A DNA stretch of 63,905 bases, the filler included, from Reticulomyxa filosa (taxonomy: Eukaryota; Protista; Foraminifera), in assembly GCA_000512085.1 (NCBI GenBank). It is 21 parts of 21 records of this genome, joined end to end, with 100 filler letters (N's around TTAATTAATTAA, not from the genome) between each part and the next. Parts side by side here need not be neighbours in the genome. Positions count along the whole stretch, not along the records: positions 24,651 to 25,687 come from ASPP01026202.1; positions 25,788 to 30,491 come from ASPP01002416.1; positions 30,592 to 31,857 come from ASPP01013505.1; positions 31,958 to 33,392 come from ASPP01024865.1; positions 33,493 to 40,934 come from ASPP01008303.1; 16 more parts are not named here. One strand, written 5' to 3'. The notes under the pieces were generated by a model that worked only from the letters and a program-made list of their open reading frames with translations, had not been told where the DNA came from and made no database searches. Numbering within the stretch: position 1 is the stretch's first letter; each line of letters starts with the position of its first letter. A program made the position numbers and the translations under genes. Of the stretch, positions 25,682 through 36,702 are shown piece by piece.

Positions 25682-26594
25682 GTATATNNNNNNNNNNNNN
25701 NNNNNNNNNNNNNNNNNNNNNNNNNNNNNNNTTAATTAATTAANNNNNNNNNNNNNNNNNNNNNNNNNNNNNNNNNNNNNNNNNNNNAAAGTCTTTATGG
25801 AAATGCATTTGGCAAAGTGGTGTTCAAAGAACTGGTTTGTCATTGAAGGGCAGTACTTGGAAAGATGCAAAAGGTGTAACTTTTTTGCTGATGTCAGTTG
25901 TTGAGCGATATGGTGGAACTTTTTGAGTTTTTTTTATGTGAAAAATGGTTATTTTGGAATTTTGTTGTTGTTTTTTTTTTACTTGAGTAAGTATTAATTT
26001 TTTGCTTGTATATTTGATTGGAAAGTATCATATTGATACCAGTGGAAAATTTTTCATTATACGTAAGGCGGACAACAGCTTTGTTTTTATTTTTATGCTG
26101 TTCAATTGGTAATTCTGTCACTTTTTTAAAACTAAACTATAAGCGGTTAGAAAATAGAAAATATTATTTTTATATTTTGGAAATATTTGCTTTCATTTTT
26201 GACTTATAAATTACTATACATAAATGCTACATCATACGCAAACATTCTACATTGAATTGTACATGACAAACTAGTAATCGATCTAGTTGAATCGATCAAA
26301 CTAGTTGACACGATTCAAGTACATGTTTGCAATTCTACAACATTCTTGCTTATTGACGCTTTTTTATATTTTTTGCATGTTCATCTATGTCATCAATACT
26401 CCTGATGCAACGTTTTTGATGCCAAAATAACTACCACAGCTGACAATTCTTTAATCTTTCACAAACGTTGGTCAATAATTACAATATTACCTTGGCAGTT
26501 TTCAAGTGTGGGTTTTTCGTTCAATTCGATATAGCTTAACAATCACCTTACCTTGTCTTTGGTGGATTCACTAAATCCTATAAAACATTGGTGT

Positions 26595-27236
26595 TGCTTT
26601 TCCAAACGTTTTTTTAAAGAGAAAAACTCTGCGAAAAATTCGAGACTTGGCTTTTTAACATTAACACTCAATGAAATTGTGTGTTCGATTGATATCAACT
26701 AATGAAGGCAGTTCACACTATTTGTGAATGCGTTTAAATGCAATTTCAGTCAATATTTTGGGCGCGTTTGTGTCAAACAATAGAACAAGCAGCTGTAACA
26801 TTTGCATCGAGCCCTTAAATTGATGTTAGTGCGATATGCACTTGTTTTCATGAGCAATGATGTGTGGCTGTGCATAGCGTGTTGCATGTAGAAGTCGAAA
26901 TAGTTTTAGCATGGGGTATACGACCAGAAACGTGTAGGTTGGGTGTGTTTTACAGTGCGATGCTAATTGACTGTGAAGTGTGGTGACGTAATAACAATGT
27001 TGGATTGCGTCATCAATTTACAGAAACGGCAAATTAACTGTTAAATTTTTGTATGTCAGTGTAAAGGCTCGAAAACAAATGGCAGCTCAACTACAAACGC
27101 TGTCAAAAACTTGTGGTTTGTTTGTGAGATTACTTTTTGAACAATTAATTGAACGTAATGCTGAAGAGATATTTGCACAGAATTTTCGCACTTGATATTT
27201 TATTTATTAAAAAAAAATTTCGCGTTGAAAAAAGCA
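26595..27236 (+). ncRNA. Candidate large structured non-coding RNA (~640 nt), family unknown
   Basis: No ORF of 60 aa or more. A nested series of complementary helices closes a five-way junction with four hairpins, and many non-Watson-Crick positions are G-U on the + strand. Folded by hand only. Confidence 0.55.
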
Positions 27237-27658
27237 TTTAAAAAAAGTTTTCATTAAAAAGATAGTCCACAAATTTTAATCAAAATACAATTGTGTTGTT
27301 TTGAGTGATTTTGGTTTACATTTCAAATTTAAATCTTTTATTCACAAAATATTGGGAAGAAATTTGTTAATATTGATGAAAAATTATTTATTATTTAGTT
27401 AATATTTCAATTTGTACTTTGAAATCTCAAAACGCCATGTAACTCTTTTCTTTTTCTGAATTTTTTTTACAGGTGGAACATTAGCAATGTGAGAATATTA
27501 TTAAAAGAGGACGAATTTATGACTTTGATGAAAAAGATTTCTAAATATGTTGAGTTAAACAATGCATTAATTTTCTATTACAAATTTAGGTTGTTCGTGT
27601 TGTAAAAAGTTCCCCAAAAAGGATAACAAAAATGTGCGGAAAAAAAATTGGAAAAAAA

Positions 27659-28515
27659 ATGCAAATATTGCTTCAAGTTGTGAGCTTTTCCTTGTTTTTC
27701 CATTGTGCTTTTACGAAAAGTTGTAAATGGGTCTATGATACAAGCAATCTTGACAGTTTTGGATTTCGACAAGGAAAAAAAATATATATACGCTACGTAA
27801 GCATGTATAAAAACTTGTGACTGGAATAGTGCCGTATCCTTAAATATAAACAAATGCAATTATCAGTTATCAGTATCTTGGAAAGCAGAAAACCGGTCAT
27901 TTAAATACGAGTGTGCGAGTCCAAGCCAAGTGCTGAGACATACGTACTCCGGGCTAAAATGCTTAGGTTACATTTTAAAAAAAAAAAGGGAAAAAAATAC
28001 AGATGTATACGTATACATATGTATGTGTATATATATTAGACATAATTGATACAGCAGATATATCAAACATGTCATATTTCCAGTGTAATCCTGATCACAG
28101 TGCATGTGACGGAACATCCTTGTTAGCAAAAGCTCCTTGCTCTTGTGATATAAATAATGAAGATTGTTACTATGCAATGTTTCGTTTTTTTTTTGTTGAC
28201 TTTTTTTAATATATATATGTATATATTTACATATATAAAAGGTCTGTGTCAATCGTGGATGGAGAATGTGCACAATATGACACAACGGGAAAAAGCGTAA
28301 AGTGGCAAGTTAAATGCAAATCATCCGCAACTAGAAACCAATTTCAAGGGGAGAATTGTGTTGGCTCTGAAACGTCAACCACTTTCAAATCAGGTTGTAA
28401 TTCAGCTGGCAGCACAGACAGCAAAACAGAGTATACAGTTTGTGGAGCAAATCGATTTACGTTGTTTTTTCCTTTCTTTGTGATATGTTGCATTTTATTT
28501 TCTTATTTTCTTTAA
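27659..28515 (+). CDS. Cysteine-rich secreted, probably GPI-anchored surface protein, multi-exon
   Basis: Signal peptide MQILLQVVSFSLFFHCAFT, Cys-rich exons, and a hydrophobic C-terminal tail FTLFFPFFVICCILFSYFL*. Confidence 0.65.
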
Positions 28516-28744
28516 TTGTCCGTTGTGCAAAAATGGAGTCACTCTTTTTTTTAAAAAAAATAAATTCGTTGTGAGTTTGGTCAATTTTTGTGAAAACTAA
28601 AAGTAATAATATTTGGAGTAAATCTACATTTGTTTTTCTCTTTCTGCGTCTTGCAAAAAAAAACCATCGGGTTCTTTACCACCTTAAAAAAAAAAAAATT
28701 TTGTTATTACAATTTGATCACGGAAAGGAGACAAACAACAGCTA

Positions 28745-30200
28745 ATGCCAAGATTATTGGAGATAATCGCAACAGTATTGTTAATCTTGCCGCTCTGCTT
28801 GTCAGACGCGATCATTTCAAGCTACATAGGTGACCCTTACTTTAGTAGCTTGTTGCGCCCTCATTACACCCAAAAATCCCAGACATATATAAGTGAAATA
28901 TATTGGAGCTACTCGGAAATTTTTCAAACGATTCGTTAAAAATTTATTTATTTATTGTTACTTATAGAGAGAAAAAAGAAGTTATTTTTTGTGTAAACAA
29001 CAGCAAAAAAAAAAAAAAAAAAAGAACTGAATGAATTGGATCAGCATATAAAAGACAAGACAGTAAAGACGACGATATCGCACGCCAGCGAGGTCCCATG
29101 TATGGACATGAAAGACCTGGGTCCAAACGAATGGGTGGTTGGCTCGGATATTTACACCGATACGTATAAAACTTTTGTAAATACAACGTGCAGTGTGTTT
29201 GAAGGAAGTTACATTCGTGGCATTGCATTGTACACAAACTACTTGCAAACGTTTTGGTGCTTTGAGAGCAATTACTCCACTTTGACCAATTACACTATTA
29301 GTTCCGTCCGTCAAAGCGACCGCTGTTATGGTCTGACAGGACTGGCATTCCCTGTTGATGGCTATCTGTTTGGCTTAAAAATGGAGTGGAATTACGTCTG
29401 CAACGACAACCAAAAAAAAGCAATGGACGCAAGTCGAAATTTTAAAGTTGACTAAATCAAAACAAACAAACTCACTCTATCTTTTTTTTTTTAAAAAAAA
29501 AAAGATAAAACATAATGTAATGTAATGCAATACAATACATTAGGTTGGAGACATCCTCGATGCTGCACTTGCTATTCAGTATGCTTGCTCAAGTGATGAA
29601 GGCTCCATCTTGCAACTTTTCTCCAAATATTTCGCAGATGGATGTGCCGCTCTTTCGTCCGCTTTGAGCGTTGGAAGTCTACTAGGCCTGGACGTGACAA
29701 ACGAAAGCAAGAAGAAAAAAATCGAGGTTGGATTGATTACGCATTGTTACGAAAGTAACATCCATTATGACAGCTATCCGACCACTGATGCCTTTCAGGA
29801 GTTCATTCAAATAAATGGCGCGTCGGCAAATGTGTCAAGTGACTATTCAATGATCGATAGAACCACGGCATCGACGACGGCGCAATTAAATAGTGGAGAG
29901 TCTGATAACTATTTTTGGGCGGCCATTTATGATTCTGCAAGCAAGACTTCTGACGTTACGTTTTTTTTTTTTTTTTTTTTGGAGTCTCTTTTTTTTTTTG
30001 TGTTTGATAATAATAATTTTATAAATTGCTTTTAGATTCTTCAACTTTATGATTTTGTAATTAACTCGCATTTGTCAAGCACAAACTATGACTTGAAGTA
30101 CACTGCAAGTAATATAACGTCACAGGGATCACTATTTGATGTTATAAGAAGTAAAACTGGATTGTTGGTGTATGATATCAGAAACAACCAACAAAATTGG
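28745..30200 (+). CDS. Secreted hypothetical protein, multi-exon
   Basis: Signal peptide MPRLLEIIATVLLILPLCLS, with coding ORFs 29036-29455 and 29610-~29958 separated by A/T-run introns. The 3' end is uncertain. Confidence 0.55.
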
Positions 30201-30591
30201 CAAGTGTTGATGTGTGAATCAAATGTAGTTTTACTCAGTCATGGTGGAAAGTCCTTGTTCTGTGTTCGTTGGGATTCATCTTTTATTGTTCTTTTCATTT
30301 CGGTGTTTTTTACTTTTTTAAAAGTTTTATCAATTGATATGTGTAGCTCTTCTTTTTTTTTAAGTTGGAGTGACTCAAGGTTGTTTTTTTTTAACATGAA
30401 GCCAGAGAATAAAAAAAGAGACAGAAAAATGTCGGAGGGAAAGAAAGCATATCAAGGAAGCAGACGATCAACATGTCTTTGATCAACTAGCNNNNNNNNN
30501 NNNNNNNNNNNNNNNNNNNNNNNNNNNNNNNNNNNTTAATTAATTAANNNNNNNNNNNNNNNNNNNNNNNNNNNNNNNNNNNNNNNNNNNN

Positions 30592-31153
30592 TTGTGTCCG
30601 TGGTTGCGATTGCGACTGTGACGTGACAAAGACTTGGGTAGAAATGGGAACAACGGAAATGGAGGCGGTGGCAACTTTGGAGGCGGGCACAACGTCTCTG
30701 GCTGAATCTCGTTCACTCTTGGTCTCTTGGGCCATTGCCAAAAGTGTCTGCTGTCGCTTTCGAAGGATTTTGTGTTGGAGTATTTCCAAAGACATCACGG
30801 CCAACGTAGTTTGCCAATCCGAATACTCGATCTGTTCATTGCTAAGGCGCTCTTGACAACTTTGGATGCGATCTTCGACTGTCTTTTGTTGCTGTTGTCT
30901 CTCCGCTAAGTATTGCTTGTCTTCCTCCATATTCATGCTCGCCAATGCTGGATCAGTCGCATACGCATACGTCTGTTGCGCTTCTCGCCATTGGAGCAAA
31001 TCCGCATACAAATTCAGCCAATCCTGTTTTTCTTTGCACATGTGTTCAAATCGCTTTTCCAAATACTGCTTTTTTTTTTTAATCTGCTTTAGCACATTTT
31101 CTCTTACCAATTGGCTTTGTTTGTCGTCCTCTGTTCAAACAATTCATTTTCAT

Positions 31154-31185
<32 letters not shown>

Positions 31186-31830
31186 ATTTTATTTGTAATC
31201 AAAACTTTGATATTTCAAAAGCAATAGCAAAAGCATATCCTCCTGTTCGACAAGGTAATTGTCATATTCAAACAACAATTGCTGACGAAAGCGGTTGATC
31301 CTAGCTCTGACTTTGCGATCGACGATAGTGTCGGACAGGGACACACACAGCCCCAACTTGCTGGCATCAGCCAAGTCCAAAGCTGGTGGAAACTGGGCCA
31401 CGGTCTCGTCGATCATTTTGACAATGGGAGACAGCCAGGCCTCGTTTGCGGCAGCAATAGCCCCAACGATCTTGTCTTTGGCCATCCACTCATCGCTTTT
31501 CCACTCCGCCATCATTCCGTTGGATATGGTGATATTGCCTCCGCATGTGGGCAACGGCGACACTACGTCCGCTGTTCTCCCTGCCTGCGACAACGACACG
31601 CCAATGGGTTCCACTTGAGCCCCAATGGGATTCACAAACGACACTGATGACAGTTGCTTAAACAATGGGACGCCCTTCGCACTGTTGTATTCTGCGACAT
31701 TGCGCTCGGGCGAAATTGAACTGTTCCCCCCTTCTTTGGCACGACACGAAGAGGGAGAATGGGGAGTGTTTCCATCGTGATAGAACCTTTGTTGCGGAAA
31801 TCGAGAGGATTCCAAGATGGATGGACTCAT
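30592..31830 (-). CDS. Hypothetical protein with coiled coil, partial
   Basis: ORFs 31189-31830 and 30544-31110 flank a (TA)n intron, with Q/E/L-rich heptads. Confidence 0.55.
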
Positions 31831-32037
31831 GCCTTGTTTTGTCTTTTTTTTTTTTTTNNNNNNNNNNNNNNNNNNNNNNNNNNNNNNNNNNNNNNNNNNN
31901 NTTAATTAATTAANNNNNNNNNNNNNNNNNNNNNNNNNNNNNNNNNNNNNNNNNNNNTATATATATGTATATATATGTATATAATAATATATAAAATAAT
32001 ATATAAAATAATATATACATATACATATATATCATTT

Positions 32038-32686
32038 ACCCAATCCATCCTGCAGCAGTAGTATATAATGGAAAACCTTCTTTATATAATTCTTTTTCTC
32101 TTTTTAATTTATTCTCTTTATCATCATTTAATATATTATATATTACCTTTTTAATATCTTCTTCTTCTTCTTCATTATTATCTTTATATATATGCATATA
32201 TTGAAAATTTAACATTGATATTAATTCATTTATATCCATATCTATTATTAATTTCCATAATGGTTTATTATAACACCAACTTATTATATCAAATATACTA
32301 TTTATTATTGCACCACTAGACATATGTAATACACCTTTATTTGGTCCTAACCATCTCATTTGACTATCTTCATTTAAACGATTTATAAATTTTTTCATAT
32401 CTTTCCATATTTCATCTAATGACATATTTTTTATTAAATCCATTAATGATTCAATACATTTAATTAATATTTCATTACCACGTCCTAATGAAAATGTCAT
32501 TCCATGTCCTTCTATTGATTTTTTTTCATTATTTGTAAATGTAATTATAATATATGCTGCACTGTAATCTGGTTCAACATGAACTGCGTCTGAGCCGTGT
32601 GCAAAATCACTTGTTGGAAAACGTACATCAAACGTTTCAAACTTTGAAAGTTTATAAAAAGCCCAATGTTCTCTTGGAAGATTCAT
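32038..32686 (-). CDS. ENOSF1: L-fuconate dehydratase / ENOSF1 (enolase superfamily), 5' part
   Basis: FDVRFPTS, GSDAVH.EPDYSAAY, GHGMTFSLGRGNE, DSQMRWLGPNKGVLHM, KPLWKL and YTTAAGWIG, then an intron and the contig end. Confidence 0.93.
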
Positions 32687-32931
32687 TTTTAAAGAAAAAA
32701 ACAAAAGTACAAGTTTACAAGTTTTTTTCTCCCTTTTTTTTTTTTTAAAAAAAAAATTTACTTTTCAAATATACAAACTGTGTACTTTCATCTTCTTTCA
32801 ATTATTTTCAAAATTCATGATTCAATATCTCTTTATTTTTATTTTTTAAAGCGAGAAAAAAAAATATTTTAGTTTATATGTACATTCCAAATTTACAAAT
32901 TTCAAAAAATGTTATAGTAGGTAAACGCATT

Positions 32932-33368
32932 TTAAGTAACCAGTTTTTTATATGTAAGTTGAGTATGAGCAATAATACTATGAACATCACGAAAAGCATC
33001 TTCAATATTTTTCTGCTCAGTTGCACACATAACTATGAAATGAATAGGACGTTCTTTATTTTGGAGTTTTGACATGAACATACTTTTAATAAAATTTATT
33101 GCCATTGTACGGCATTCTTCGAAATGAGCTTTATCTGCTTCTGGATCTTCTTTTGGTTGATAATTGAGTCCATTCCATTGTTCGTCATTCCTTTTTGTTA
33201 TCACATTTGCATACATCTACTTAATACATAATGTAACGCAAAGAACACAAACAAAGATCTAATTAAAAAGAATACCATCCAGCCTGACGACTAAAGCAGA
33301 TACTCAAAGGAAAATTTCGGAGCTGTTGATCAAATAAATCTCTCTTGTTCAACAATACGATTATTTCT
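32932..33368 (-). CDS. Heterotrimeric G-protein alpha subunit, 3' part
   Basis: Exon IIVLLNKRDLFDQQL (G4 NKxD), an intron, then ...HFIVMCATEQKNIEDAF (G5 TCAT-like) and the C-terminal helix. Confidence 0.85.
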
Positions 33369-33529
33369 ACAGCAATAAGCATAAAAAAAAAANNNNNNNN
33401 NNNNNNNNNNNNNNNNNNNNNNNNNNNNNNNNNNNNTTAATTAATTAANNNNNNNNNNNNNNNNNNNNNNNNNNNNNNNNNNNNNNNNNNNNTCTCTCTC
33501 TCTCTCTTTGTTTAATCTTGTAATGCCAG

Positions 33530-35061
33530 AGGACTCCCACCCCCGCCTACGCAACCTCCTCCAGAATACGTCGACGGCTATGACTCGGATGAAAGTATGT
33601 ATGCTCCTCAATTTGCCAATGCTTTGAACAGCCGCAGTAATCGCATATTTTCATTGGACGACACATTGATCCGCGACTCGCAACGCGACATGAACACTGC
33701 ATTTGATCAGCTCAAAGCCGGACACTCGAAAAAGAAACTGCATCCACAGGTGCAACTTGGCTTGCCTGACAAAGAGGGAGAGCTAACCGAGCCCGAGTTT
33801 TATCAAAAGTATTGGATCGAAGCAGGCAAACTTGGCGAAGGCTCTTTTGCTCGAGTGCGCAAAATCACCAGAAAGCATGACCGAAAGCCTTTTGCGTTGA
33901 AAGTCATCAAAAAGGCCGGCAAATCGAAAGAAGATTTGGATGCATTGCAAAAAGAAATTGAAATTTTGAAAAAAGTTTTTTTTACAAAAACAAAAAAAAA
34001 AAAAAAAAAAAAGGGGCAAAAAACTTTAAAAACAAACAAAAATCATTGCTTGAAATGATTTGTATTAAAAACAAAACAAAACAAAAATGATCAGTTGAAC
34101 CACAAAAATGTAGTGCGATTGACAGACTGGGTGGAAACAAAAAAACGAATTCATATGGTAGTCGAATTTTGCAACGGTGGTGATGTGTTTGAACGTATAA
34201 TCAAACAAAGGACATTCAGTGAATGGGAGGCAACTCATGTGATCCAACAAGTGGCGGCAGGACTGGAACACATCCATTCGAAAGGGATTGTCCATCGAGA
34301 TTTGAAACCCGACAACTTGATGTATTTAGATAACTCCCCCAAAGCGGAAATCAAAATAATCGACTTTGGACTGGCAGGAGACGCATCGAAAGCGCCGCTC
34401 AAAACTCCATGTGGCACTGCTCACTACGTTGCTCCCGAGGTTTTGTCGTCCGTTCCTTATGACACGCAAGCAGATATGTGGTCGTTGGGAGTTATCATTT
34501 ACATGCTTTTGTGTGGATTTCCCCCCTTTTTTGACGCTGCTGGCAATCAACAGCGATTGTACAAATTAATTAAATCGGGGAAATTCCGTTTTCCTAGTCC
34601 CTATTGGGATCATGTCTCGGACCAAGCAAAAGATGTTATCAAAGGACTACTCACCAAAGATCCCAAAGAGCGTTTGAATGCTACCCAAGTCTTAGCACAT
34701 CAATGGCTTAAAGTTTTGTCATACACTTTTCTTCCTTTTTTTTTTTGGAATGTTTTTGCATCTTCCTCTTCCTCGTCACTCGGATACGTATATATGTATC
34801 TATGCGTGTGTACGTGAGTCGCATGTGAGTGATCGTGTGTTTAATGCGTATATAATCTTTCAAATCGAACTATGTTGATCATAAACACAGGGAAAAGCGG
34901 TCAAGGAAGAAATGAATGATTTATATATGGAACAAATGAAATTTTTCCAGTCTTCCAGGCATTTTACCAACAACAAAATTGGCCAAGAACAAGGAAACAC
35001 AAACGACCAAAAACCTGTCAATATCTTTGCTAAACAACAATACGCATTTGATTATGAATAA
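33530..35061 (+). CDS. CaMK-family Ser/Thr protein kinase (CaMKI-like), 5' partial
   Basis: LGEGSFARV, ALKVIKK, HRDLKPDN, IIDFGLA, TPCGTAHYVAPE, DMWSLGVI and FPSPYWDHVS. Introns at about 33976-34094 and 34713-34890. Confidence 0.95.
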
Positions 35062-35455
35062 CCTATTTTGTCACCTGTATTGTTTGTTTAGGTGTGAATA
35101 GAATAGACACTGTTTTTTTCTTCCCTTGTTGTTTTTTTGTTTCCCCCTTTCATGCTATCATTGGTTGAGCAAATCAAAGCAAAAAATTACACGCTCTCTT
35201 AATAACTTTTGTCATACGAGCTTTGCTTTTTTTCTTGTTGCTTTGAAGAACACATGTATATCTCAAGCTATAACACTCTTTTTTGCGAAAGCAATGGTAT
35301 TATGACGAATTTTCGGCGCTATCGTTGAAGACAGTTGTCACCGACGTTTGTAGACTTTTTTCATTGATCGGTCAACAAACCTTTCTCATAATTACTTGAA
35401 CCAGGAAAAAAAGTAAAAAAAATTCTTTGAAAACGTGTAACTAGATAATCCAACC

Positions 35456-36366
35456 ATGGAACATGCAGAAAAACCAGCAGTTGGAGGGCGTCGTCGTGGC
35501 AAGTCTACTCATAAGAAGGTTTGCAGCTCATACAAAAAACACAAGCTTACAAAAAAAAATGCACTTTGAGACATGTGTTTTGAGGAATTCAAACTGCGGG
35601 ATAATGCACAAAAAAAAATGTATATATGAATATACGCCAATGCATACCTAATGCATACAAAGAAAGAAGGATGTAAAAATGTGAACAGATAACGTCAGAC
35701 AATGGAGACGAGAAAGAAATAGACGACGAAGAGCAGGTAAAAGATGACAACAGTCGAGCAGCAAGCCAAGGAGGCGACAGCAACGCCACAAACACGCAAG
35801 TGTATGCCAGTGGAGCGGTGGAAAAAGCAGTGGACTTGGTGGAAGACAAAGCAACAATTCCGTCGGCTTCGCGTCGTGAAAAGTCGCATCGCAAAGTTGA
35901 CACGGTGAACTCACCGAAGGCAGCGAGCCATACGTCGTCCACGTCGCACACTGTTGCAGGAGCGGACAATGACAGTGGAAAAGCGACGGCAGCGTCGTCT
36001 ACGCAGATTTATAGCAGTGGTGCCATCGAAGCAGCTGAAGTGGATTTGGCTGACAAGGCTACCATTCCAACGAATCGACGCATGAAATCACGGAAGCAAG
36101 TCACCGGGACGTCGGATGCAGCTGATGATGATCATGCTACCACAAATAATGCGGAGACCAATGCCGAACATGATGCCAAACATGAGGAGTCCGATCCGTC
36201 TGTTGCTTCTGCTGCTCAAATATACCCGAGTGGTGCTGTCGAAATCAATTATGAACGGTCTGCTGCTATACCCTCACGACGTAGAAAACGCACCGTCACC
36301 AAAAAATTTGGAGATGAAAATGATGATGACGATGATGCTCATGACAATGAAAAACAAAATGATTGA
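35456..36366 (+). CDS. Disordered protein with three copies of a ~35-aa repeat, two exons
   Basis: Exon 1 reads MEHAEKPAVGGRRRGKSTHKK, followed by a GT..AG intron. The repeats are Q[VI]YxSGA[VI]E...AxIPxxxRR, separated by acidic/Ser-Thr linkers. Confidence 0.7.
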
Positions 36367-36702
36367 AATGTTTTTTTTTTCCCAACTCGTTAGACCTTTT
36401 TTTTTAGATCGTGGAAGTGAGACAGGCTATGGGGCGGGGGAGGGAAAGTAAATGAGAAGGGGAAAAAATACATCCTTTTTTTTCTGTTACCTTGATTTTG
36501 GCACCTTTTTCTTTTGTTGTTGCATTTGCATTGTTTTGGCACAAAAGTAAAAAGAAAAGTAACGATAAGACGCTCTTTTTTTTTGCTTGGTTTTTTTTTT
36601 GAATTTTTTAAGGAAAGAGCATTTACATCTTTTTTTTCTCCTTTTGTTCCATGATTTTTAGAAGCAACCAACAAATAGAAACACACACCGTAATGTGACT
36701 AT

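Noticed and set aside
26484-26556. TTACCTTG words resembling the U1 snRNA 5' end
   Set aside because: No U1-70K loop or U1 cloverleaf follows, and they read equally well as minus-strand splice-donor-like or decayed coding sequence.
26571-26580. CTAAATCCTA as a telomerase template next to the structured region
   Set aside because: It is a short AT-rich word, the organism's telomere repeat cannot be determined from this window, and it lies outside the closing helix. Revisit only if the telomeres prove to be TTTAGGA.
26699-26738. Hammerhead ribozyme-like core (CTAATGA-hairpin-TAAA)
   Set aside because: Both core boxes deviate from CUGANGA and GAAA at invariant positions, and stems I and III are not evident.
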